Shown here piece by piece: positions 48,550-58,542 of a stretch of DNA of 64,000 bases. The notes beneath the pieces are model-generated. The model saw only the letters and a program-made list of their open reading frames with translations. It was not told where the DNA came from and searched no databases. The stretch's first letter is position 1. Every line of letters begins with the position of its first letter. Source of the stretch: Spirochaetia bacterium. GTDB lineage: Bacteria > Spirochaetota > Spirochaetia > UBA9216. The translations under genes and the position numbers were made by a program. The stretch is taken from assembly GCA_965140585.1 (NCBI GenBank), contig OZ223270.1, positions 288,001 through 352,000 on the forward strand, written 5' to 3'.

Positions 48550-50994
48550 TTAAAATGAAATGCTGAAGCCTAATTCGCACATAATAAGAGTTACCAGAAG
48601 ATCAGTCCATGTGTAATCATAGGTATAGTTTCTTGATGAAAAATTTGCAGTGGTCGCACCAGGCGTTTCCTGAAGAGTCTCCTTCAAACCAAAACCCGAA
48701 AAATTCAGCCCGTCAATCAGGTTTCCGGTTTTGAAAAAGAAACTTAAGCTTTCATCCCCGTAAGACAAATTGGCATTCAGTTCATAGGTTGGAAGATAAT
48801 TATAAACTGAATTGTAATCACCGGAGGTTTCTATAATTCCGAACAGGCTATCTTTGATTACAACAGGGGTAAACGGCTGTCCGCTGTACACAAAGAGATT
48901 CATTCCCAGCCGGAACTTACCTTTTTTATAAACCATCCCGCCTTTCAGGGCATTCTGCACTTCTGTATTCGGCGGAATCCACCCGTAATCGTCGGTCAGA
49001 TATCTGGTCCAGGCGAAGGCATATGTGAGTGATAAATCAAAATTGCTGTTCAGTTTGCTCTTCCAGCTTAAATCAATACCTGTTGAATATCCTCGATCAG
49101 GCTCAAGGGCAATAAGAGTATTATCCACATCAGAATAGGAAGTATTCATGTTTGCCCCAGTCAGATCATAATACCAGGCAAAATAAGGTGTGGCCTTAAG
49201 AAGGGTGTTATCGTTGAGTTCATACACAGACTGAAAAGAGCCGGAAACAGCCATCGGCGGCTGTTCAAAATCGGTTATAGTCTCAGCTTCATAATAGATT
49301 TCATCTATGCGGCGTTCGATTAGTGAAAACTCATCGATTATTCCAGGCGACCAGCCGGCTGTCATGGCAAGCGAAAGTTTATCGGCTGAATAAACAAGCT
49401 CTCCGTCAACAGCAGGCCTGAAGGCATTTGATTCAGGATACCAGAGAACGCCTGCACCTGTGTGATAGTTAAAAAGCTCTGAAGTGCCGAATATTTTACC
49501 ATAGCCATAAGATGTAAATAGTAAATCATCAAACTTCGGATGATTTTCGAAATAAGCAATAACTGTTCCTGCTTCATCTGAAATATTCTGACTATCATTG
49601 TAGGCTGCAATCAACTTTGAAAGCCTGGTGTTAACTCCGGCGATAAAGAAATGGTTTTGCCCGAAATTTATCTGAAACTCTTCACCGGCCTGGAAAGACT
49701 GTGACTGGTATAAATAATTTGCGGCATAATCCAGCTCAGAGAGGCTTTCATCATCTTCCAGATGATATGAGATATCGGCAGTATCCTGATAAAGGGAGCC
49801 GAAGGCATAGACCGTATTTCCCATATCGGGATTCAATGACCATACCCATTTGGATCCTGCGGAAACAAAGAAGGGAAGATAGGAAGTATGCATTTCTGAA
49901 CCGGCATATTCGAGATCCCATTTAAAGGAATCGTAAAACCCCAAAAGATCAACCGATACCTTATGATTCGGAGGCGTATACCTGAGACTTATCAGGGCAT
50001 CACCGTAAGATAGATCAGTAGGCATGTCATCTTCATTCATGTCCTCATCACCTTCAATGGTCATAACCGTACTCAACAGAGGCAGCGTTGTATAATTAAG
50101 AATTGACTGAGTCAGTGAAACCAGAAGACTGAGTTCCGGAGTAAAACTCCCGATGATTAATCCTGAAACTTCCGATGTTGACGGGGTAACTGTAAAAACC
50201 CACCCTTCATCGGGTTCTACAGGATTAAGCACAAAAGTTCCCCCGATTGCCGGACCGTATTCAACCGGACTTGCGCCCTTGTAGATACCAACCGAATCTA
50301 CGGCTTCACGGGGAATGACAGTTTCGGCCACAGGACTTCCGTAGGCATGTTTGTTTGAAGGAAGGCGGATATAGTCATAATAATAATTGTTCCAGTCACT
50401 TTCACCGCCGTAAACTGAAACGCCCCTGTTGTCTGAAGTTTTCAGCCTGCGCTCAGGCATAGCAGCACTCTCAACCGTATCTTCAGAATAATAATCTGTA
50501 GATACGGCATCTGAGACCAGCGCCGAAAGAATGTTAAGCTCACCGAGGACTCCATCCTCCAGGGCTGCGGCATCAAAGGGATCAGCTCCGACAGGAAGCC
50601 GCTCAAGCTCTTCCGCCGTAACACCGTCGTTGATTTCAGCTGCAGCCTTCTTCGGTTCAGCCTTTACTGTTATTGTATCCATCTCGACGACTTCCGGTTC
50701 AATCTGCAGAGTCAGCGGTTGGTTGGTGAGCTCCAGACCGGGGAATTCTTTCTCAATAAATCCTGGAACAGAAACCAGGATGGTAAAAGTACCGTCCGGG
50801 ATAAGATACAGAATAAAGCTGCCGTCTGCTTCGGTAATCGCTATGTCGTCGGTTTCAAGAAGAACTACGGTAGCATCCGCAACAGGCTTCCCGGTATCAG
50901 AAATAATTACACCGTTAAGTTCCTGCGAAAAACCCGCAGAGACCAATACCATACTGATAGTAATGATACTTAATAATAATTTTACATTTTTCAT
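48550..50994 (-). CDS. TonB-dependent receptor with N-terminal carboxypeptidase-regulatory-like domain
   Basis: Signal peptide, G.P...ATV...T.ADGSF domain, DTITV TonB box, plug-like YKGA.PVEYG.AIGG, C-terminal Phe; first gene of the exbBDD-tonB operon. Confidence 0.8.
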   Translation of the reverse strand: MKNVKLLLSIITISMVLVSAGFSQELNGVIISDTGKPVADATVVLLETDDIAITEADGSFILYLIPDGTFTILVSVPGFIEKEFPGLELTNQPLTLQIEPEVVEMDTITVKAEPKKAAAEINDGVTAEELERLPVGADPFDAAALEDGVLGELNILSALVSDAVSTDYYSEDTVESAAMPERRLKTSDNRGVSVYGGESDWNNYYYDYIRLPSNKHAYGSPVAETVIPREAVDSVGIYKGASPVEYGPAIGGTFVLNPVEPDEGWVFTVTPSTSEVSGLIIGSFTPELSLLVSLTQSILNYTTLPLLSTVMTIEGDEDMNEDDMPTDLSYGDALISLRYTPPNHKVSVDLLGFYDSFKWDLEYAGSEMHTSYLPFFVSAGSKWVWSLNPDMGNTVYAFGSLYQDTADISYHLEDDESLSELDYAANYLYQSQSFQAGEEFQINFGQNHFFIAGVNTRLSKLIAAYNDSQNISDEAGTVIAYFENHPKFDDLLFTSYGYGKIFGTSELFNYHTGAGVLWYPESNAFRPAVDGELVYSADKLSLAMTAGWSPGIIDEFSLIERRIDEIYYEAETITDFEQPPMAVSGSFQSVYELNDNTLLKATPYFAWYYDLTGANMNTSYSDVDNTLIALEPDRGYSTGIDLSWKSKLNSNFDLSLTYAFAWTRYLTDDYGWIPPNTEVQNALKGGMVYKKGKFRLGMNLFVYSGQPFTPVVIKDSLFGIIETSGDYNSVYNYLPTYELNANLSYGDESLSFFFKTGNLIDGLNFSGFGLKETLQETPGATTANFSSRNYTYDYTWTDLLVTLIMCELGFSISF

Positions 50995-51029
50995 TCTAGT
51001 ATTATATCTGCAGCCAGCAGCTGTATCAA
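50995..51029 (-). promoter_or_regulatory. Leaderless sigma70 promoter of the TBDR-exbBDD-tonB operon
   Basis: TTGATA (51029-51024)-17-TATAAT (51006-51001)-6 nt-ATG (50994), with no Shine-Dalgarno. Confidence 0.75.
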
Positions 51030-51030
51030 T

Positions 51031-51074
51031 AAAAAAGCCTCCGGAGATACTTAAAACGTTTCTCCGGAGGCTTT
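51031..51074 (-). terminator. Intrinsic terminator after tkt
   Basis: AAAGCCTCCGGAGA...TCTCCGGAGGCTTT with a T-run on the minus strand. Confidence 0.85.
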
Positions 51075-51093
51075 CTATAAGCTGTTAAGCTTC

Positions 51094-53064
51094 TTATTTT
51101 TCTATAAGCGCCTTGAGGTATGGTGCTGTAAAATGGAAGTGCTCGGCAACCTTTGCTGCAGGTCCTGATTCACCGAATCTTTCGATGCAGAACATATCAT
51201 CAGCTGAAGTCGCAAGTTTTTCCCATCCGTATGAGCTTCCTGCTTCAGCGGCAATAACTCTGCAGCCCGGAGTTACTATTGAATCCCTGAAAGCCTTATC
51301 CTGCTTGAGGAAGGTTCCAAGATCCGAGATGGATACAACTCTTACTTTCTTTGATGAACCTTCTGCGGCTTCTACAGCAAGTGAAACCTCAGAACCGGTT
51401 GCAACAACAATTACATCAGGTGTTCCGTCACAGTCAACGGCCACGTATCCGCCCTTTCTATAGTTTGTTTTCCAGTTTTTATCGGCCTTTTCATAAACCT
51501 TGAGGTTCTGCCTTGTAAGAGCGATTGATGTAGGTCCGTCTTTTTTCTCGATAGCCATCTGCCATGCTACGTTTGTTTCTTCCGCATCTCCGGGTCTGAG
51601 CGCCTGAAGGTTCGGAATAACACGGAGCGATGCCATATGCTCAATCGGCTGATGTGTAGGTCCGTCTTCACCGACAAAGATTGAATCATGAGTGAAAACC
51701 CATACTGAGGGGATTCCCATGAGTGCTGCAAGCCTGATTGGCGGTCTCATATAGTCGGCAAATACGAGGAATGTTGCACCGTAGGATCTGAGTCCGCCGT
51801 GAAGAACCATACCGTTTACGATACCGCCCATTCCGTGTTCCCTGATTCCAAAGTGAAGGTTTCTTCCGCTTCTGTCTGTTTTGGAATAATCGCCCATTCC
51901 CTTGAGAACTGTCTTGTTTGAAGGACCGAGGTCAGCAGAACCTCCGTAGAGGTTTGGAATTGCAGCTGCTACAGCATTTATTGCCTTTTCACCGGCCACA
52001 CGGGTAGCAACACTGTCGCCGGCCTTATACTCGGGCATTGCAGAATCGGCAACGCTTAAATCCTCTTTAAACCACTGATCCCATTCGGCCTTGAGAGCTG
52101 CATTTTCACTGCTCCAGTTTTTGAAAGCATCCTGCCATGCATCATATGCAGAAGCACAGCGCTTTTTAACATCGTTGAAGTATGATAGCGCATCCGGATC
52201 AACATAGAAATCCTGATCCTCAGGGATTCCGAGTTTTTTTCTAGTAGCAACAATTTCTTCCTGGCCGAGCGGTGCGCCGTGGGTGTTATGATCGCCTTCC
52301 ATGTTGGCTGAACCCTTTCCGATAATGCCTTTCATAATAACCAGAGTCGGTTTTCCTGTTTCAGCCTTTGCCTTTTCAACTGCGGCATAGAGCTCATCAA
52401 CGTTGAATGCATCAGCATTGAGAACCTGCCAGCCGTAGGCTTCGAATCTCTTGCCAACATCTTCTGAAAAAGCGATATCAGTATCACCTTCGATAGTGAT
52501 TCCGTTTGAGTCGTAGAACATAATAAGCTTGCCAAGACCAAGATGGCCGGCAAGGGAAGCCGCTTCAGATGAAACGCCTTCCATAAGACAGCCATCGCCA
52601 TTAATAACATAGGTATAATGGTCGATAACCTTATGCTTATCGGTGTTGAACTTTTTGGCCAGAATGGTCTCGGCCATTGCCAGACCTACTGCATTGCTGA
52701 TACCGGCACCAAGCGGTCCGGTTGTTGTATCAACACCTTCGGTATAATTATATTCAGGATGACCCGGAGTCATTGAGCCAAGCTGCCTGAAGTTTTTCAG
52801 GTCATCCAGAGTTACCTTGAATCCTGCAAGATGCAGAATAGAATAGAGAAGCATTGAACCGTGTCCCGCAGAGAGGACGAACCTGTCTCTGTTGATCCAT
52901 TTCGGATCTGCAGGGTTGTAGTTCATTACTTCACCGTAAAGAACTGAGGCTACCTCAGCGTTACCCATCGGCATTCCGGGATGTCCCGAGTTAGCCTTCT
53001 GTACGGCATCCATTGCAAGAGCTCTTATACTCTTTGCTGATGCACTTAATCCTTTGTTATTCAT
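51094..53064 (-). CDS. tkt: Transketolase
   Basis: SGHPG, DRFVLSAGH, GDGCLMEG, THDSIFVGEDGPTHQP. Confidence 0.97.
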   Translation of the reverse strand: MNNKGLSASAKSIRALAMDAVQKANSGHPGMPMGNAEVASVLYGEVMNYNPADPKWINRDRFVLSAGHGSMLLYSILHLAGFKVTLDDLKNFRQLGSMTPGHPEYNYTEGVDTTTGPLGAGISNAVGLAMAETILAKKFNTDKHKVIDHYTYVINGDGCLMEGVSSEAASLAGHLGLGKLIMFYDSNGITIEGDTDIAFSEDVGKRFEAYGWQVLNADAFNVDELYAAVEKAKAETGKPTLVIMKGIIGKGSANMEGDHNTHGAPLGQEEIVATRKKLGIPEDQDFYVDPDALSYFNDVKKRCASAYDAWQDAFKNWSSENAALKAEWDQWFKEDLSVADSAMPEYKAGDSVATRVAGEKAINAVAAAIPNLYGGSADLGPSNKTVLKGMGDYSKTDRSGRNLHFGIREHGMGGIVNGMVLHGGLRSYGATFLVFADYMRPPIRLAALMGIPSVWVFTHDSIFVGEDGPTHQPIEHMASLRVIPNLQALRPGDAEETNVAWQMAIEKKDGPTSIALTRQNLKVYEKADKNWKTNYRKGGYVAVDCDGTPDVIVVATGSEVSLAVEAAEGSSKKVRVVSISDLGTFLKQDKAFRDSIVTPGCRVIAAEAGSSYGWEKLATSADDMFCIERFGESGPAAKVAEHFHFTAPYLKALIEK

Positions 53065-53088
53065 TTTTCACCTCGTTTTGTGAGCTGC

Positions 53089-55134
53089 TTATTTCATCAT
53101 TACTGCCGCAGTAGGACAGACCTTGACGCATTCTCCGCAGCCGTCACATGTCGTATTAACCAGAGACTTGCCAAAAGGAGCCCGCATCCTTGTAACAAAA
53201 CCTCTGTTTACATAGGCCAGAACATCCAGCCCCTTTACTTCGGCACATGCACGCACACAGCTTCCGCAGTTGATACATTTACCGAATTCCATTTTAACAA
53301 GTTCATGAGTTCTGTCGACCTCATATTCCCTTCTTTCACCAAGGAAGTAGGACTGATCAGCACCGTAACGGCCCGAGTAGTCACGAAGCTTACAGTCATC
53401 TGCGGAATCACATCCGCATTTAAGACAGCGTTCGGCTTCCTTTCTGGCAAGTTCAGTACTGAAACCGGTCTCGATCTCTGTGAAAGTTGTATTTCTGGTT
53501 TTATCATCAATAAGAGGCATTTCGATCTTTGCCTGCTTTTCATAACCTTCGAAGAGCTTTTCGCTTACATCCTTGAGTTCACCCATCTTCGAGTTGAACA
53601 GTACAGGTTCACCTGTAACAGCTTCTCCGGCAAGGAACTGATTGATAGAGTAGGCAGCCTTTCTTCCGGCTCCAACTGCCCTTACGGCAATATCTGCACC
53701 GGTCTGACAGTCTCCGCAGGCAAAAACGCCGGGGCGTCCGGTCATATAGGTTTTTTCATCAGTTAGGATTGAACCCCATCTTGTAAGCTCTATTCCAAGC
53801 TCTGCGACAGACTCGGGAACGACCTTCTGGCCGATTGCTCCTATAACCGCGGATGCTTCAATTTTAAACTCTGAGCCCTTGATCTGAACAGGACTTCGGC
53901 GGCCACTTGCGTCAGGTTCACCGAGTTCCATTCTGATGCACTCAACCATCAGCTTGTTGCCCTCTTTGGAAATACCGACCGGAGCTGCAAGGTATTCTAT
54001 GTTTACGCCTTCATGAAGTGCTTCATCGATTTCAAAGTCGCTTGCAGGCATTTCAGCACGTGTTCTTCTGTAGAGGATGGTTACGTTCGCGCCCTTTCTG
54101 AGAGCAGATCGGGCAACATCGATAGCGGTATTTCCGCCTCCGACAACAACAACATTTGAGCCGACATCCGGGTCCTCATCCTCGGCAAGCTGACCAAGGT
54201 ATTCGATACCGGAAAGTACGCCGGGAAGATCTTCACCGGGAACCCTGATTGATGAGGCACCCTGAGCACCGATAGCAAGCAGAACTGAGTCGAACTCTTT
54301 TTCAAGATCTTTTGCACTGATGTCCTTGCCTACTGTTGTTTCGTATTTTACTGTTGCACCCATATCCTCTACAACACCGAGTTCGTCCATCAGGACTTCA
54401 TCCGGAAGTCTGTAATATGGAATACCATAGCGGAGCATACCGCCTGATTTTTTATGTGATTCGAACACAGTTACATTGTGGCCGTTGAGCCTTAAAAAGT
54501 ATGCGGCCGACATACCTGCAGGACCGGCACCGATAACTGCGACTTTCTTGCCAGTTGATGCTGCAGGAGAGGGAATCGAACGCTTGCCCAGTTCCTTCTT
54601 CTCAAAGTCGGAGATGTAGCGCTTCATGTAGCAGATGGACATAGCATCTTCCACACGGTTTCTGCGGCAGGCATCTTCACAGGGTCTTGGACATATTCGG
54701 CCGAGAATTCCCGGAATGGGGGCTTTTTCCCTGATTAGTTTTGCGGCTTCGAGTTCCTTACCCTCTGCAACAAGACCCATAAAGCCCTTGATGTCGATTG
54801 ATGAGGGACATGCATCCTCACAGGGAGGGAGACAGTCACCGCAGTGGTCGGAAAGAAGCAGGTTCAGACACATGCGTCTGGCTGCGTCGATTTCTTCTGA
54901 TTCAACAGTTACCACCATTCCGTCTCTGACCTTGGTTGCACAGGAAGGTACAAGGTTTCCCTTTCCACCCTCAACCTTTACCGCACAGATAAAGCAGCTT
55001 GTAAAAGGTTTGAGGTTTTCGGCATGACAGAATGTCGGAACGTCAAATCCGGCTGTTCTGGCGGCTTCAAGGATTGTGGAATCCGGCGCCACCTTTACTT
55101 CTATATCATTTATCTTAACTGAAACTTCAGACAT
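53089..55134 (-). CDS. 2Fe-2S / GltD-like FAD-NADPH / 2x4Fe-4S oxidoreductase subunit (StnC/NfnA-like, no H-cluster)
   Basis: HydA-type N-terminal 2Fe-2S (CHAE..CFIC..C), CPRPCEDAC, GAGPAG, GGGNTAIDVAR...YRRT, two C-terminal CxxCxxC ferredoxin motifs. Confidence 0.88.
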   Translation of the reverse strand: MSEVSVKINDIEVKVAPDSTILEAARTAGFDVPTFCHAENLKPFTSCFICAVKVEGGKGNLVPSCATKVRDGMVVTVESEEIDAARRMCLNLLLSDHCGDCLPPCEDACPSSIDIKGFMGLVAEGKELEAAKLIREKAPIPGILGRICPRPCEDACRRNRVEDAMSICYMKRYISDFEKKELGKRSIPSPAASTGKKVAVIGAGPAGMSAAYFLRLNGHNVTVFESHKKSGGMLRYGIPYYRLPDEVLMDELGVVEDMGATVKYETTVGKDISAKDLEKEFDSVLLAIGAQGASSIRVPGEDLPGVLSGIEYLGQLAEDEDPDVGSNVVVVGGGNTAIDVARSALRKGANVTILYRRTRAEMPASDFEIDEALHEGVNIEYLAAPVGISKEGNKLMVECIRMELGEPDASGRRSPVQIKGSEFKIEASAVIGAIGQKVVPESVAELGIELTRWGSILTDEKTYMTGRPGVFACGDCQTGADIAVRAVGAGRKAAYSINQFLAGEAVTGEPVLFNSKMGELKDVSEKLFEGYEKQAKIEMPLIDDKTRNTTFTEIETGFSTELARKEAERCLKCGCDSADDCKLRDYSGRYGADQSYFLGERREYEVDRTHELVKMEFGKCINCGSCVRACAEVKGLDVLAYVNRGFVTRMRAPFGKSLVNTTCDGCGECVKVCPTAAVMMK

Positions 55135-55145
55135 TATTCTTACCT

Positions 55146-56903
55146 CTACTCCACATCGATGGCGTCAAACTTACAGGTGTCACGGCAGATACCGCATTTA
55201 ACGCATTTTTCAGGATCAATAAAATGAACACCCTTTCTTTCGCCGCTGATACACTTGGTAGGACAGGCCTTTGCACAGGCTGTACAACCGATACATTTAT
55301 CCGCATTCACTGTGAACTTGATAAGCGGCTTACAAACTCCGGCCGGACATTTCTTGTCGAAGATGTGGGCTTCATACTCATCTCTGAAGTACTTCAGGGT
55401 TGTGAGAACCGGGTTCGGCGCAAGCTGTCCCAGACCGCAGAGTGATGTCTTGTTGATATGTCCTGCAAGCTCTTCAAGCAGGGTAATATCACGTTCAACA
55501 CCCTTACCCTCGGTAATCCTTGTGAGAATTTCGAGCATTCGCTTTGTTCCGATTCGGCAGAAGGTACACTTACCGCAGCTTTCTTTCTGGGTAAAATTTA
55601 AAAAGTACCTTGCAACATCCACCATACAGGTCTGGTCGTCCATAACAACCATACCGCCGGAACCCATGATAGCACCGGTAGCGTTAATTGCATCATAGTC
55701 GATGGGTGTATCAAAGAGGCTTTCAGGAATACATCCGCCTGCAGGCCCGCCCATCTGGACAGCCTTTATAGGCCTTCCGGTTGAACTTCCGCCGCCGATT
55801 TCTTCAATTACCTCACGAAGCGTAAGCCCCATTGGAACTTCTACAAGTCCTACTCTTTTAATCTTTCCTGCAAGAGCAAAAACCTTGGTTCCGACACTCT
55901 TTTCGTAGGAGTATTTGTTAAAAGCCGAAGGCCCCTCACGCAGAATGAAAGGAACGTTCGAATATGTTTCTACGTTATTTATGTTAGTTGGCTTCTTATT
56001 GATACCTGCTTCAGCTGGAAAGGGGGGTCTGAGAGCCGGCATTCCGCGACGGCCTTCAATTGAAGCCATGAGAGCGGTTTCTTCACCGCATACAAATGCT
56101 CCTGCACCTTCCTTAACCTTGAGATGAAAGGAAAAGTCTGTTCCGAGGATGTTATCACCCATCAGGTTCTTCGCTTCCGCATCCTTAATTGCAATTTTAA
56201 GTCTCTTGATTGCAAGGGGATATTCAGCACGGCAGTAAACGTAACCGTAGCTTGCGCCTGTTGAATAGGCGGCAATAAGCATACCCTCGATTACTGCATG
56301 CGGGTCGCCCTCAAGCACTGCCCGGTCCATAAACGCACCGGGGTCGCCCTCATCGGCGTTACAGACCAGATACTTTGGCTCGTTCTTTGCGCCTGCAAGA
56401 AATGACCACTTAAGACCGGTAGTAAAACCCGCACCGCCGCGGCCTCTGAGGCCTGATTCCTTGACAGCTTCGATAACCTCTGCCGGCTTCATGGTTTTAA
56501 CGCACTTTTCAATTGCAGAATAACCGCCTGCAGCTATGTAGTCATCAATGCTTTCGGGATTAATAACACCGCAGTTTTTAAGAGCGATTTTCACCTGACG
56601 ATCCAGGTATTTTTTACCGGTTTCATCTTCTTTAATCCTGTTTTCAACAGGAAGATCTTCAAAATTATTTTTTACAGCTTCGATAAGCCTTTCAGTAAAC
56701 TTTGCATCAACATTACCGTACATAATCCGTTCGGTACCGTTGTCCAGTTCCACTATCGGCTCAGCGTAGCACATTCCTACACATGAAGTAACACTGAGTT
56801 CCGTACTCAGTTCAGCCTTTTCAAGCTGTTCATATACAGCCTTCGCACCTGCAGCAATACCGCAGGAGCCCATTCCTACTATTACCCTGCTGTTATTTAC
56901 CAT
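55146..56903 (-). CDS. NuoF/HydB-like FMN-NADH subunit
   Basis: N-terminal thioredoxin-like Fe-S domain, GLRGRGGAGF, NADEGDPGAFMDR, FVCGEETAL, ESCGKCTFCR, C-terminal 2x4Fe-4S. ATG 56903 follows GAGG; an alternative start is 56918. Confidence 0.92.
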   Translation of the reverse strand: MVNNSRVIVGMGSCGIAAGAKAVYEQLEKAELSTELSVTSCVGMCYAEPIVELDNGTERIMYGNVDAKFTERLIEAVKNNFEDLPVENRIKEDETGKKYLDRQVKIALKNCGVINPESIDDYIAAGGYSAIEKCVKTMKPAEVIEAVKESGLRGRGGAGFTTGLKWSFLAGAKNEPKYLVCNADEGDPGAFMDRAVLEGDPHAVIEGMLIAAYSTGASYGYVYCRAEYPLAIKRLKIAIKDAEAKNLMGDNILGTDFSFHLKVKEGAGAFVCGEETALMASIEGRRGMPALRPPFPAEAGINKKPTNINNVETYSNVPFILREGPSAFNKYSYEKSVGTKVFALAGKIKRVGLVEVPMGLTLREVIEEIGGGSSTGRPIKAVQMGGPAGGCIPESLFDTPIDYDAINATGAIMGSGGMVVMDDQTCMVDVARYFLNFTQKESCGKCTFCRIGTKRMLEILTRITEGKGVERDITLLEELAGHINKTSLCGLGQLAPNPVLTTLKYFRDEYEAHIFDKKCPAGVCKPLIKFTVNADKCIGCTACAKACPTKCISGERKGVHFIDPEKCVKCGICRDTCKFDAIDVE

Positions 56904-57378
56904 TGGCGTATTCCTCAAGAATTTTTGTCATTTTGGCGGGTGTGAGCTTTCCATAGATGTTGTCATTTATCATAACAACCGGAGCAAGCGAACAGCATCC
57001 CAAACAGGCTACAGATTCAACTGTGAACATGCCGTCTTCTGTTGTTTCACCCTCATCCACTTTTAGATTTTCAGTGATAATGGAAAACACCTTTTCGGCT
57101 CCTGCTACGTGGCAGGCAGTCCCTTTACATACTTTCACGAGATATTTACCCATAGGTGTAAAACGGAACTGCGAGTAAAAAGTTGCTACTCCATAGAGCC
57201 TTGAAACAGGGAGATTAACTTCCGCGGCTACAGCTTCCACAAGTTCCTGTGAAAGATAACCGTGCCGGACCTGAATTTCCTGTAAAAGAGGAATTACCTT
57301 CTCCGGTTCAGAACCGACTTTCTGGACGATTTCGCGGGCTTCCTCTACGATTGCGTTTCCGCAGTCAGCACAAGACAT
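56893..57378 (-). CDS. NuoE/HydC-like 2Fe-2S subunit
   Basis: GVATFYSQF, VCKGTACH, CLGCCSLAP. Confidence 0.92.
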   Translation of the reverse strand: MSCADCGNAIVEEAREIVQKVGSEPEKVIPLLQEIQVRHGYLSQELVEAVAAEVNLPVSRLYGVATFYSQFRFTPMGKYLVKVCKGTACHVAGAEKVFSIITENLKVDEGETTEDGMFTVESVACLGCCSLAPVVMINDNIYGKLTPAKMTKILEEYANGK

Positions 57379-57501
57379 ATGCCCTCCTTTCTCTTAGATA
57401 TAATATTTGGGGACTGGTTAGTGTACCGTAACTATATAAAAGTTTCAAATTTTATTCTATAATTGAGGCATGGAAAATAAAAACATTAGTATGGATATAA
57501 A

Positions 57502-58530
57502 ATGAAGGAATCTATAGCAATTCTATGGGATATTGAGAACGTTACCCCGCGTTCAGACTCACTTTTTGTGAATGGACTAATCGAATATGCAAACGACATC
57601 GGAAAGGTTTCGGTTGCAACAGCCTACGGAGACTGGGCCAGACCGCAGATTAGAAAGACATCAGAAGCGCTTGCCGAGCACTCCTTTGAAATGGTCCATG
57701 TTCCGACCAACAAGAAACAGAAAAACAGTGCTGATATGGCCCTGAGCACACACGCAGTTGAGCTCATCTATCAGTATCCTCATATAAGAAAACTGATACT
57801 GGTAACAGGCGATGCAGACTTCAGACCGCTGCTTCAGAGCCTTAGAAAGCATGGTATAGAAACAATAATTATCTGTGATTCACAATCTGCAAGTGAAGAC
57901 CTGCTGCTGCTTGCCGACGAGTACAAGGACTTCCGTGACCTTATTCCCGATCCGGATGAAGATTATCATGATACCAGCAGTACAAGCGCTGAGGTTGAAA
58001 AACACGCCATCAGCCTTCCCGAGGCAGTAAACCTGCTTAAGGAAGCAATAGTTCTGATGAACCGACGTAAAAAGCTCACTACAATGGGCGCGGTCAAAAT
58101 CAGGATGAAACTGCTCAACGATACATTCGATGAAAACCGGCTTGGGTTCAAAACCTGGAAAAAATTTATTCTATTTGCTGAACAGCAGAAAGCCATCGAA
58201 CTGGAACATACCGAGAACGACGTAATCCTGAGACTACCCGAATCGGACAGCAGGGAAGTTGAAACACAGGGAGTCCGCCTGCCGCAGATCATGTACAACA
58301 TGCTCAAGGCAATCAGGGAAAGCAACCAGAAATCTGGCAAATCGCTTATCCCCTTCTCTACTGTAAATAACCGGATGCTTGAGCAGAATATAGACATCAA
58401 GAAATCGGGATATTCACAGATGAAGAAGCTTGTGCAGGATGCCGAGAAGCGCGGACTTGTCAGGGCTGAGAACCAGGGAAAGTTCTGGTATGTTGAAATG
58501 ACCGACGACGGATCCGCCTACTTTAAGTAG
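57502..58530 (+). CDS. NYN (LabA/DUF88) domain protein with C-terminal OST-HTH/LOTUS-like domains
   Basis: WDIENV, KNSADMAL, LVTGDADF; two F/I...GF/Y...KK helical repeats. Confidence 0.85.
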   Translation: MKESIAILWDIENVTPRSDSLFVNGLIEYANDIGKVSVATAYGDWARPQIRKTSEALAEHSFEMVHVPTNKKQKNSADMALSTHAVELIYQYPHIRKLILVTGDADFRPLLQSLRKHGIETIIICDSQSASEDLLLLADEYKDFRDLIPDPDEDYHDTSSTSAEVEKHAISLPEAVNLLKEAIVLMNRRKKLTTMGAVKIRMKLLNDTFDENRLGFKTWKKFILFAEQQKAIELEHTENDVILRLPESDSREVETQGVRLPQIMYNMLKAIRESNQKSGKSLIPFSTVNNRMLEQNIDIKKSGYSQMKKLVQDAEKRGLVRAENQGKFWYVEMTDDGSAYFK

Positions 58531-58542
58531 ACGTTTTCCGGA

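Noticed and set aside
53080-53766. 228-aa plus-strand ORF
   Set aside because: Antisense shadow of the Fe-S flavoprotein gene, with no motifs or RBS.
53089-57378. [FeFe]-hydrogenase or complex I (nuoEFG) operon
   Set aside because: No H-cluster motifs, no NuoG molybdopterin-like domain, and no other nuo genes.
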